From the NCBI GenBank assembly GCA_963598415.1, contig CAVBUH010000058.1:16421-80420 (forward strand): a stretch of DNA of 64,000 nucleotides, in the 5' to 3' direction. The notes beneath the pieces were generated by a model that was not told where the DNA came from, ran no database searches, and saw only the letters and a program-made list of their open reading frames with translations. Both the position numbers and the translations under genes were made by a program. Position 1 is the first letter of the stretch, and the number at the start of each line of letters is the position of its first letter. Positions 41,139-49,706 of the stretch are shown piece after piece. Source of the stretch: Selenomonadaceae bacterium. GTDB taxonomy: Bacteria > Bacillota > Clostridia > Oscillospirales > CAG-272.

Positions 41139-41215
41139 TGGCTGGGATGGCGCGACTCGAACGCGCGACTGCAAGAGTCAAAGTCTTGTGCCTTAACCGA
41201 CTTGGCGACATCCCA
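41139..41215 (-). tRNA. tRNA-Gln (anticodon UUG), CCA encoded
   Basis: Hand-folded cloverleaf: acceptor UGGGAUG/CAUCCCA, D stem GCC/GGC, anticodon stem CAAGA/UCUUG with loop CUUUGAC, T arm GCGCG-UUCGAGU-CGCGC, discriminator G plus CCA. 77 nt. Confidence 0.9.
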
Positions 41216-41359
41216 AAAACTGATTAGCATTATATCATAAATTTTGTCTTATGTCAATATTTTTTGAAAAAGTAATGGCAAGTTAAGAAGTATTTTATTG
41301 ACATACGAAAATTATAATGCTAAAATTATAAAAAATGACTCGATTAAGGAGAAAAAACT

Positions 41360-42040
41360 ATGCACTACAAAATTGAGGGCACTCCGCTTCCGGTTGTTAT
41401 ATGTGAGCTTGAAGCGGGAGAACAAATGATAACCGAACGCGGAAGTATGAGCTGGATGAGTCCTAATATGAAAATGGAAACGACAAGTAACGGCGGAATC
41501 GGAAAAGCGTTTGGCCGTATGTTTTCTGGAGAGGCATTTTTTCAGAATCGCTATACGGCTGTCGGTGCTCCCGGTATGATTGCTTTTGCCTCTACTTTTC
41601 CCGGTTCAATCGTTGCCGTAGAAATAAATCCGGAAAGTCCGCTTGTGGTTCAGAAACGCTCATTTCTTGCTTCTACCCCGGGGGTTGAGCTTTCGGTTTT
41701 CTTTCAGAAAAAAGCAGGTGTCGGTTTTTTCGGAGGAGAAGGATTTATCATGCAGAAGCTTTCAGGAAGGGGAATCGCATTTCTGGAAATAGACGGTTAT
41801 GCGGTTGAATATGATCTTGCTCCGGGAGCGAGGCTCGTTGTAGATACCGGTTATCTCGCCTCCATGGATGCGACCTGCTCGGTAGAGGTGCAGACCGTAC
41901 CGGGGGTGAAAAATATGCTGTTTGGCGGCGAGGGAATTTTTAATACCGTAATAATCGGTCCAGGAAAAGTCAGACTTCAGACGATGCCTATAAATAGTGT
42001 TGCGGCCTCTATAGGTCCTTTTATCGCTTCCGGAAAATAA
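41360..42040 (+). CDS. TIGR00266/AIM24 family protein (DUF124)
   Basis: MHYKIEGTPLPVVICELEAGEQMITERGSMSWMS... and GEGFIMQKLSGRGIAFLE, a typical family pattern. Confidence 0.8.
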   Translation: MHYKIEGTPLPVVICELEAGEQMITERGSMSWMSPNMKMETTSNGGIGKAFGRMFSGEAFFQNRYTAVGAPGMIAFASTFPGSIVAVEINPESPLVVQKRSFLASTPGVELSVFFQKKAGVGFFGGEGFIMQKLSGRGIAFLEIDGYAVEYDLAPGARLVVDTGYLASMDATCSVEVQTVPGVKNMLFGGEGIFNTVIIGPGKVRLQTMPINSVAASIGPFIASGK

Positions 42041-42076
42041 AATTACCGGTTTTTAGTGTATCGAAAAATTAAAAAA

Positions 42077-42113
42077 ACAGACCGTCTTTTATTACGACGA
42101 TCTGTTTTTTTTT
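42077..42113. terminator. Bidirectional intrinsic terminator
   Basis: ACAGACCGTC / GACGATCTGT stem flanked by an A-run upstream and a 9 nt T-run downstream. Lies between convergent genes. Confidence 0.75.
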
Positions 42114-42125
42114 GATAAGCAATTT

Positions 42126-43487
42126 TTATTTTATTCCGAAAATGGAATTAAGGACAAGATAAAGTTGTGGAAAATATCTCATGGTATTCCAAATTGATAT
42201 TCCTGCAAGGTTATATTTATTTACTAATTCAAGTTTTTCTGCTATGCTTTGCGCATTTTCGAACCATACAACGTGTTCTGTTCCGTTGGCTGTATAGTAA
42301 TAATAAGGTGCTTGGCTTTGTTCGTCGTATTCAATTTCAGATCCGACTTCTCGCGCTCTATCAACGGCAGTCTCGATGGATATTCCTTCCGCCTCTGTTT
42401 GCCCTGCCGCAAATGGCAGAGGCCAGTCATAGCCATAATTCGGAATTCCGAGAAGTATTTTATCGGGAGATATTTCGGTGATCGCATATCTGACAACATT
42501 TTCCACGCTTCTGACGGGTGCTACTGCTCCGGGAGGGCCGAATTTATAGCCCCATTCATACGTCATGAGGATTACATAGTCTGCGACTGCTCCGATAGCC
42601 CCGTAATCATGTCCTTCGTACAGAAGACCGGGCTGATCAGCGCTTGTTTTGGGAGCAAGGGCTACAAATAGTTTATAGCCGTTGTTTTTCAGGGCGGCGG
42701 AGAGCTTTGTGAGAAAAATCACATATCTGTTTGCATCCTCACGGGGAACAAATTCAAAATCTACTTCTACACCGCTGTATCCTTTTTCATTCAGAACATT
42801 AAGAAGATTATTGATTAAGATTTCCTGAGCATTGGCATCGTTGAACAGCCTGCTGGAGAGTTGGTTATTAAACCGTCCGTCTTCGCCGAGGGTGGATATG
42901 AGAAGCAAGGCTTCGACACCGTAACTTTGTGCTATCGAAATAATTCTTTCATCGTCAGCGGGAATTAATTCTCCTGTTTCCTTAAAGCCATATGTAAAAA
43001 CAGTAAGATATGTAAGGTATGGCAGTATGGTACGAAGCACCTGTTCGTCTATAAATGGATAAGCATATCCGTTGACAATGATATCGCGTGATTTTGCCCC
43101 TGAGTACGAGATTATAATTGTCTGTCCAGGGTATAACATGGGATTGCCTTCAAGTCCGGGATTATCGGCAAGAAGCTGTTTTACGGTTGTATTATAGTTT
43201 TGCGCAATGGAATAAAGGGAATCGCCTTGCTTTACGGTATAAGTTACGTCCGGAATCAATATCACAAGCTCCTGACCGGGAATAAGAGCTTGATTGGCGG
43301 AAATACCGTTGTCTGTCATAAGCATTTTTTCGGGAATGCCGTAGATACGGGACAGTGATGCGATAGTTTCGCCGGGGCTTACTCTGTGAATTATCATATC
43401 TATTTCATACCTATATGCCGAAGCATATACCTTTCGAAAGTTTTCTTTATCATTATATGCTGAAAATATTATTTGTGAATCAATCAA
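42126..43487 (-). CDS. LysM-domain glycoside hydrolase family 18 protein (spore cortex YaaH/SleL-like)
   Basis: Two LysM repeats (HRVSPGETIASLSRIYG, YTVKQGDSLYSIAQNYN) and a GH18 catalytic motif, GVEVDFEFV (DxxDxDxE-like). An alternative start is ATG 43397. Confidence 0.85.
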   Translation of the reverse strand: MIDSQIIFSAYNDKENFRKVYASAYRYEIDMIIHRVSPGETIASLSRIYGIPEKMLMTDNGISANQALIPGQELVILIPDVTYTVKQGDSLYSIAQNYNTTVKQLLADNPGLEGNPMLYPGQTIIISYSGAKSRDIIVNGYAYPFIDEQVLRTILPYLTYLTVFTYGFKETGELIPADDERIISIAQSYGVEALLLISTLGEDGRFNNQLSSRLFNDANAQEILINNLLNVLNEKGYSGVEVDFEFVPREDANRYVIFLTKLSAALKNNGYKLFVALAPKTSADQPGLLYEGHDYGAIGAVADYVILMTYEWGYKFGPPGAVAPVRSVENVVRYAITEISPDKILLGIPNYGYDWPLPFAAGQTEAEGISIETAVDRAREVGSEIEYDEQSQAPYYYYTANGTEHVVWFENAQSIAEKLELVNKYNLAGISIWNTMRYFPQLYLVLNSIFGIK

Positions 43488-43612
43488 TAAAATGGGTAAA
43501 TTGCATATAGTCTGATTTTAAATTTTGTAAAAATAGACCGAATTGTGGTGAAAATGCACAAAAATAGCAGCAATATTTTTAATTCTGAGAATCATTTTTT
43601 TATTTAACTCTA

Positions 43613-43641
43613 TTGCAATATTGTTTGATTTGTTGTATAAT
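43613..43641 (+). promoter_or_regulatory. Sigma-A type promoter candidate, far upstream of the EF-G2 gene
   Basis: TTGCAA (43613-43618), 17 nt spacer, TATAAT (43636-43641). Implies a leader of roughly 270 nt. Confidence 0.45.
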
Positions 43642-43918
43642 TAATGAATGTTAGGATTTGAAATTATATGGATATTATACAATATTTGTCCGTAGTTTCA
43701 CCTTACCTGTTAAAACGCCCGCCGAATTAAGCAATCCGTTTGTAAGAGTCGGCAAAAACGATAAGACGAGCAAAGTGATTTGCATGCCGAGGGAAGCAGT
43801 CCGAAATCTGCGATTTTGGACTGTGGAGATAAGCGTGCGTAAAACTGCCGTAGCGTAATCGATTGTAGAACAGAATTTTACAATCGCCTAAATATATTAA
43901 GCCAAAGGAGAAAATCTT

Positions 43919-45979
43919 ATGAACAAGTTTACCACAGCCCAGATTCGCAATGTATGTCTGCTCGGCCACGGAGGTTCGGGAAAGACATCTCTCGCGGAGG
44001 CAATGCTTTACCTGACAAAGGCTACCGACCGACTCGGAAAAACCTCGGAAGGAAATACTATCTGCGACTTTGATACCGAGGAAATCAAGCGCGGTTTTAC
44101 CATACAGTCTTCAATAGCTCCTGTTTATTGGAAGGAGTGCAAAATCAATATTCTTGACACCCCCGGATACCTGGATTTTTCCGGAGAAGTTATGCAGAGC
44201 GTGAGAGTGGCTGATGCAGCTCTTATCGTGATAGACGGAAAAGCGGGCGTTGAGGTTGGAGCGGAGCTTGCTTGGGAATATGCAAAATCAGCGGGAATAC
44301 CCAAATCGTTCTTCATCAACAAATTTGATGATCCGGAGTGTCGATTCTATAAAGCCTTTGACGCGCTCAGAGCGGCATTTGGTGTTTCTGTGTGTCCGCT
44401 GTTGATTCCGATGATTGAAAACGGCGCTGTTACCGGTTTCCTTAATTTGATGGATTTGAAAACATATGTGTATAACAAGCAGGGGGCTCACGAAGAGGGA
44501 GCGATACCGGAGGAATTTACCGAGGTTGCCGATAAATATCGGAATATGCTTTTGGAATCAATTGCCGAAACCAGCGATGAGCTTATGGAGAAATTCTTCG
44601 CAGGAGAAGAAATTACAAGAGCGGAAGCAGTGGAAGCCATTCATAACGGAATCATCCACGGTTCGATCTGTCCTGTTATTTGCGGTTCAGCCGGAAAAAT
44701 GTGGGGAGTAGAGGCGTTGCTTGATACTATCGCGGAATCATATCCCCGTCATACTGCCAAAAAGACCGAGAAGAATATCGACGGTGAGGACATGCCGATT
44801 GATAAAGAAGGAAAAGAACCGGCAGTGTTTGTATTCAAGACTGTTTCGGATTCCTTCGGAAAGCAGTCCTTTTTCAAGGTGATGACGGGAAATCTTGACA
44901 ATACCATGTCTCTTAAGAACCTGACGAGCGGAGCGGTCGAAAAATTCGGTCATATCTATGAAGTGAGAGGAAAAAAGAGCGTCGAGGTCGATTCTCTTGC
45001 CTGCGGCGACATCGGAATGATACAGAAGCTTTCCGATACCGCTACCAACGATACGCTTACGAATCTTGCTATAAAACCGTATAAGCATATCGAATATCCC
45101 GAACCTTATATGACAATGGCAATCAGTCCTAAGAGCAAGGGCGACGAAGATAAGATTGCCAACGGAATTGCAAGACTGAAGGAAGAGGATAAGACGATTA
45201 ATTTTGAAAATAATGCGGAAACAAAGCAGCTTTTAATATCCGGACTTGGAGATATTCATCTTGATGTTATTGTATCGAAGCTGAAATCGAGATATAATGT
45301 TGATGTTGAACTGAGTAAGCCGAAAATTGCTTACCGAGAAACGATCAGAAAAACGATTCAGGCAGAAGGCAAGCATAAAAAGCAGTCGGGAGGTCACGGA
45401 CAGTACGGTCATGTCCGGATAACCTTCTCCCCCGGAGAATCGGAAGGACTCATCTTTACGGAATCGGTAGTAGGCGGAGCGGTGCCGAAGGGATATTTTC
45501 CCGCAGTCGAAAAGGGACTTACTGAGGCAATGCAGAAAGGCGTTCTCGCCGGATATCCGATGGTGGGACTTGCGGCAGATCTTTATGACGGTTCTTATCA
45601 TGATGTTGACTCGTCGGAAATGGCGTTCAAGCTTGCGGCGAATCTGGCTTATAAGGAGCTTGTCAAGGCGTCCCCGGTTCTTTTAGAGCCGGTCGGAGAG
45701 CTTAAGGTTACTGTTCCGGAGACAATGGTCGGAGATATTATCGGAGATTTGAACAAGCGGCGCGGACGTGTTCTCGGAATGGATCATGTTGAGGGCAAGA
45801 AAGGATATCAGTCTGTTACTGCCGAAGTTCCTCAGGCGGAAATGACAGATTATACGATAGCTGTTCGTGCAATGACACAGGGAAAAGGAACCTTTACCTA
45901 TAGGTTTGTTCGGTACGAGGATGTTCCCGGAAATATCTCATCCAAGATTATTGCTGATGCCGTATCTGAAGATAAATAA
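43919..45979 (+). CDS. Elongation factor G paralog, EF-G2 (EFG II) type
   Basis: GHGGSGKTS (G1), DTPGYLDF (G3, with Tyr in place of the usual His), NKFD (G4), and KHKKQSGGHGQYGHV in domain IV. Collinear with what I recall of Thermus EF-G-2. Confidence 0.88.
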   Translation: MNKFTTAQIRNVCLLGHGGSGKTSLAEAMLYLTKATDRLGKTSEGNTICDFDTEEIKRGFTIQSSIAPVYWKECKINILDTPGYLDFSGEVMQSVRVADAALIVIDGKAGVEVGAELAWEYAKSAGIPKSFFINKFDDPECRFYKAFDALRAAFGVSVCPLLIPMIENGAVTGFLNLMDLKTYVYNKQGAHEEGAIPEEFTEVADKYRNMLLESIAETSDELMEKFFAGEEITRAEAVEAIHNGIIHGSICPVICGSAGKMWGVEALLDTIAESYPRHTAKKTEKNIDGEDMPIDKEGKEPAVFVFKTVSDSFGKQSFFKVMTGNLDNTMSLKNLTSGAVEKFGHIYEVRGKKSVEVDSLACGDIGMIQKLSDTATNDTLTNLAIKPYKHIEYPEPYMTMAISPKSKGDEDKIANGIARLKEEDKTINFENNAETKQLLISGLGDIHLDVIVSKLKSRYNVDVELSKPKIAYRETIRKTIQAEGKHKKQSGGHGQYGHVRITFSPGESEGLIFTESVVGGAVPKGYFPAVEKGLTEAMQKGVLAGYPMVGLAADLYDGSYHDVDSSEMAFKLAANLAYKELVKASPVLLEPVGELKVTVPETMVGDIIGDLNKRRGRVLGMDHVEGKKGYQSVTAEVPQAEMTDYTIAVRAMTQGKGTFTYRFVRYEDVPGNISSKIIADAVSEDK

Positions 45980-46005
45980 TACCGTGTAGCTTTAGGCAGA
46001 CACAT

Positions 46006-46057
46006 AAAAACCGCAGGATGATGTTGCGTTTTTACGCGACGTTCCTGCGGTTTTTTT
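46006..46057. terminator. Bidirectional intrinsic terminator
   Basis: AAAAA-CCGCAGGA ... TCCTGCGG-TTTTTTT between convergent genes. Confidence 0.75.
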
Positions 46058-47189
46058 ACAAAGTATGAGAAATAATCTTTTTCACGGCGAGAAAAATACT
46101 TTTTGCCGAATAGCTGCAAATTTCACCGTATCTGCCGTTATCAAGTTGTTCTGTTGCTGATAAATAGTTGGTACATACGATTGGTTTGCGGAGCAGCTTT
46201 GCTTCCTCTACGGTGATCGGCATCCCTTCATATTTTGACGGAAGAATAAAGATATCGCACTTTTTTATATATGGATAAGGATTATCAACATGTCCGAGCA
46301 AAATAAGCATATCCGACACCCCGAGCCGCTTTGCCTTTCTGCATAATTTCATGGTATCCTTTTTGCTTCCCGTTCCGGCGATATACCATCTTGCTTTGAT
46401 ATTCTCTTGTTTCAGAAGATAAAGTACATTCGGAATGAGAAAATAGCCTTTTTGGCGACAGATACGCATAACCGACAGAAGCCGGAGACCGGTGTATTTT
46501 TGATCCGGAAATTCAGTATTTTTTTCAGAGCTGCAAAGGATTTCTTTTTCGGGAAGAGAATTGAGTAATGTAAAAAATTTTGATTCAAGCTCCGGAAAAT
46601 GTTCTTTCAGAAGCTTAGTACAGGAACGTGATACAGAAATGACTGCGGTGCATCTGTCAAAGTAATAACGATATATTCGATCGTCTCTTTTGGGATGAAA
46701 ATAGTCGAAATGCAGCCAGGCAATTTTTTGCTTTGCATTCACCTTCTCGCTCATGTAGAACATGGTTCGGTCTCCCCAAAAAGCCAGACAGATATCATAT
46801 TCTGTATTGATTTCAAACTCTCTGTCAAAAGGCAGTATTGCTTGTTTCATAAGCAGAATCCAGAGCTTCTGATACATATAGCATGAAAACGGCGCGGTAA
46901 TGAAGAAATGTATATGATTGAACAGGAATTTTTTCTTTTGCGGAAAATCGAGCTGCCGGATTGTTTTAAAAACATTTCTTTTAGAAAGAGAGAACAGAGA
47001 GCCATTTTTTATCGGCTTCAGTATCTGTATATCAGAAGGGAGCTGTCCAGCAAGAGCGCCTCCGCTCTCAGCCAGGACGAGGTCGATATTATATTTTTCC
47101 CTGTCTATTGTCTCAAGGAAGGAAAGAAGCGCTTTTTCTGTTCCTCCCATATTCATTTTGATGCCGCAAATAAGAATTTTCTTTTTCAT
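46056..47189 (-). CDS. Glycosyltransferase family 4 (GT-B)
   Basis: N-terminal ICGIKMNMGGTEKAL and the C-terminal motif ILPSKYEGMPITVEEAKLLRKPIV. Confidence 0.85.
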   Translation of the reverse strand: MKKKILICGIKMNMGGTEKALLSFLETIDREKYNIDLVLAESGGALAGQLPSDIQILKPIKNGSLFSLSKRNVFKTIRQLDFPQKKKFLFNHIHFFITAPFSCYMYQKLWILLMKQAILPFDREFEINTEYDICLAFWGDRTMFYMSEKVNAKQKIAWLHFDYFHPKRDDRIYRYYFDRCTAVISVSRSCTKLLKEHFPELESKFFTLLNSLPEKEILCSSEKNTEFPDQKYTGLRLLSVMRICRQKGYFLIPNVLYLLKQENIKARWYIAGTGSKKDTMKLCRKAKRLGVSDMLILLGHVDNPYPYIKKCDIFILPSKYEGMPITVEEAKLLRKPIVCTNYLSATEQLDNGRYGEICSYSAKSIFLAVKKIISHTL

Positions 47190-47328
47190 GATGTTGCCTT
47201 TTTTCTTAATTGTGGTCTTAAAAAGAAAGATATATACAGCGTTTGTGTTTTATCAGAAAAACTCTGTCATAACAGGAAGCTGAATAAAATGCGTGGATTC
47301 ATATTGATACAGATAAGTCCGAATTAAT

Positions 47329-47649
47329 TTAAGGCAATACCGCCGGGTTCACGGCTTTCTTTAAGGATGCATCTTCAGGGCAATTTTCCGCCGTGCTTCA
47401 GGGTACCTCTAAAAATTCACGTCTCAAATCCGGTTCGATCCGGGTTCCGTCGTTCGTTTAAAAAATTCTTGGCAGATGGATACGCTGTCTGCGAAATTTT
47501 TGTTTGGACTGACGATTGCCGTTTGTGAATAAGAGATACCCTTCACAAATTTTGCCGACAGAGAAGTCGCTCTTGCCTCCTCTATTGGTATTGTCTGACG
47601 AAAAATCCAACTGCGTATCTGTACCGTCGAGCCCGGCGGATTGCCTTAC
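47329..47649 (-). mobile_element. MITE-like palindromic repeat, family 1, subfamily 2 (copy F), interrupted by a nested element
   Basis: Ends TTAAGGCAATACCGCCGGGTTCACGG ... CCCGGCGGATTGCCTTAC. 321 bp long because of a 141 bp insertion. Confidence 0.88.
47401..47541. mobile_element. Nested 141 bp MITE-like element, family 2
   Basis: Termini GGGTACCTCTAAAAATTCAC ... GTGAATAAGAGATACCC form an imperfect inverted repeat. Flanked by a direct TTCA (47397-47400 and 47542-47545), which is single in uninterrupted family 1 copies. Confidence 0.7.
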
Positions 47650-47758
47650 TTTTTGTCTGCATCAACCAAAAGATAATACATTATAAGAAAAAGACTTGCA
47701 CCAATAAAGCGGCAAGTCTTTTGTTAAATGTGAATACATCCGTACAGACGGGTAATTG

Positions 47759-48514
47759 TCAATTTTTTTCAGCTCTGCAAATGAAAAATATTCTTTCTGT
47801 CTCATTTCCGACGGGATTCATCTGAAATCCGTCGGAAATCGAAATAATATGGAATCCGGAGTCGTTAAGAAAACTTGAAAGTGTATCTGTACGCCAGCAT
47901 CTTTCCCGCTGAAGCTCATCATAACGCCGATATAAACCGGTATTGAGGTCTTCGGCAAAGAGGGAAAGCTCAAAATCGCACAGCCCGGTTTTTCTGTCAA
48001 AATGGTTTTTCCAGCCGCAGTATACGCCGGGAGCTTCCATCACATATTGATTTTCTCCGTATACGTTTTTGAACTTATAGGGAGAATTGACATCAAAAAT
48101 AAAGAGTCCGTTGGGATCAAGATAATTATGCACAAGAGAAAAGCATTTTTTCAGACCTTGCTTGCCGGTGATATAATTGATACTGTCAAGACAGCAGACA
48201 ACGGCGGCAACTGTTCCGTAAAGCTCAAAGAAGCGCATATCCTGACAAAGCCAAAGAACCTTGTCTCCGTCCGGTTTTTTTCTTCCGCAATCAAGCATTT
48301 CGGGAGAAACGTCTATGGCTATCATATCATATCCGCGTTTTAAAAGAGGAAGCGTAATATTTCCTGTTCCGCAGGCAAGATCAAGAACCAGCGAGCCGCT
48401 CGGTATGCCTCCTTCTCTGAATCGGGCGACAAGAAAATCAGCCCATTGCTCATAATCGATATGAGCGTTGAGTTTGTCGTAATAGGAGGCAAGAGAGGAA
48501 TATTGGAGATTCAT
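47759..48514 (-). CDS. Class I SAM-dependent methyltransferase
   Basis: Motif I VLDLACGTGNITLPL. Start set to ATG 48514 (MNLQYSSLASYYD), which forms an ATGA overlap with the upstream gene. Confidence 0.85.
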   Translation of the reverse strand: MNLQYSSLASYYDKLNAHIDYEQWADFLVARFREGGIPSGSLVLDLACGTGNITLPLLKRGYDMIAIDVSPEMLDCGRKKPDGDKVLWLCQDMRFFELYGTVAAVVCCLDSINYITGKQGLKKCFSLVHNYLDPNGLFIFDVNSPYKFKNVYGENQYVMEAPGVYCGWKNHFDRKTGLCDFELSLFAEDLNTGLYRRYDELQRERCWRTDTLSSFLNDSGFHIISISDGFQMNPVGNETERIFFICRAEKN

Positions 48515-48804
48515 TTTTTTCTGTCGATTCTTCTGAGAATTTCGGCATAGCCGTCGCTGCCGTATTTCAGGCAACGGTTGACACGGCTTATAGTGGCGGT
48601 GCTGAGTCCTGTCTTTTCCGAAATGTCCGAATATATATGATTATTATTGAGCATTCTTGCGGCAGTGAGTCTTTTTGCCATTTCGCGTATCTCGGATACT
48701 GTGCACAGATCCTCAAAAAACGCATAGCATTCATCTATATCATTCAGTGATAGAATGGCTTTGAATAAACAATCGGTTTGCTCATCCCTGTATTTTTCTG
48801 ACAT
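48511..48804 (-). CDS. YerC/YecD family TrpR-related protein
   Basis: ECYAFFEDLCTVSEIREMAKRL...GLSTATISRVNRCLKYGSDGY is the family signature. Start is probably ATG 48804. Confidence 0.82.
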   Translation of the reverse strand: MSEKYRDEQTDCLFKAILSLNDIDECYAFFEDLCTVSEIREMAKRLTAARMLNNNHIYSDISEKTGLSTATISRVNRCLKYGSDGYAEILRRIDRKK

Positions 48805-48967
48805 CGGTATTCCTCCGTTTCCGCACATAATGGCGGTATTTATATAAGTAATGAAGGGGTAATAAGCATTTATTTTATTGCCGTTTATAGGATTATAACA
48901 TCATTTTATCTGTTTGTCAAGATTGCAGATGCAGACTTATTGACAAGAATTATCGATTATGATATAC

Positions 48968-49145
48968 TTAAGGCAATACCGCACAATGATTGTTGTGCAG
49001 TTGCGCCGCCAGATTTTTCGTCAGACAATACCAATTGAGGAGGCAAGAGTGCTCCTCTGCCGACGAACTTGTGAAGTATGACGGGAAAGATGCAAGCAAA
49101 TGCGAAGCATAGGCGTTTGCCGTGCACTCAGCGGTATTGTCTTAA
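48968..49145 (+). mobile_element. MITE-like palindromic repeat, family 1, subfamily 1 (copy G)
   Basis: 178 bp, TTAAGGCAATACCGCACAATGATTG ... CAGCGGTATTGTCTTAA. Ends 33 nt before the start codon at 49179. Confidence 0.9.
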
Positions 49146-49178
49146 AACAATATACAAATTTATTAAGAAAGAACGAAA

Positions 49179-49706
49179 ATGTCTGTTAAAGTGAAATTGA
49201 GAATAAAGGCGACCATAACTGACCTTGTGCTTGCCGGAAAATACAGTGCTTCCGCAATGAACGGTTTTTTTACTGCGGAGAACGGAAATGTATATGCAAT
49301 TGATAAGCTGAACGATATGTGCAGTGATGTTATTGAATATACAGCGTGGGGAGAATATTCCGAGGAACAGGGGAATTGTGTTATCAGATATACCGAAAAT
49401 CCCGATATCGGATATGCCGGATGTATTACGACGCTCATTTTTTCTCCAGAAAACAGAGGCGCGCTGATTATGACACGCGACGGAGAAATCTCAACCGCCG
49501 CTCGTTTTGATATGAAGGAAAAAAGACAGCACTGTCGTTACGAAACGCCGATCATTCCTGTGGAATTTGCAATCAATACTCGATCGGTACATAATACCGT
49601 TGATTCCGGGAGCGGTGCAATACTTCTTGATTACAATATTGAAGTCAGAGGTGTGAATACCGAAAGAAACCGGCTCTTTATAGAGGTGCAGGGATATGAC
49701 GGCTAA
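49179..49706 (+). CDS. Probable DUF1934 (YwiB-like) beta-barrel protein
   Basis: Size, beta-rich periodic pattern and position just upstream of holA. The family assignment is from pattern only. Confidence 0.55.
   Translation: MSVKVKLRIKATITDLVLAGKYSASAMNGFFTAENGNVYAIDKLNDMCSDVIEYTAWGEYSEEQGNCVIRYTENPDIGYAGCITTLIFSPENRGALIMTRDGEISTAARFDMKEKRQHCRYETPIIPVEFAINTRSVHNTVDSGSGAILLDYNIEVRGVNTERNRLFIEVQGYDG

Noticed and set aside
47430-47455. A tRNA-like T-loop motif (CCGGTTCGATCCGG) inside the nested 141 bp element.
   Set aside because: No acceptor, D or anticodon arms can be folded around it, and the stem and loop lengths are wrong for a T arm.
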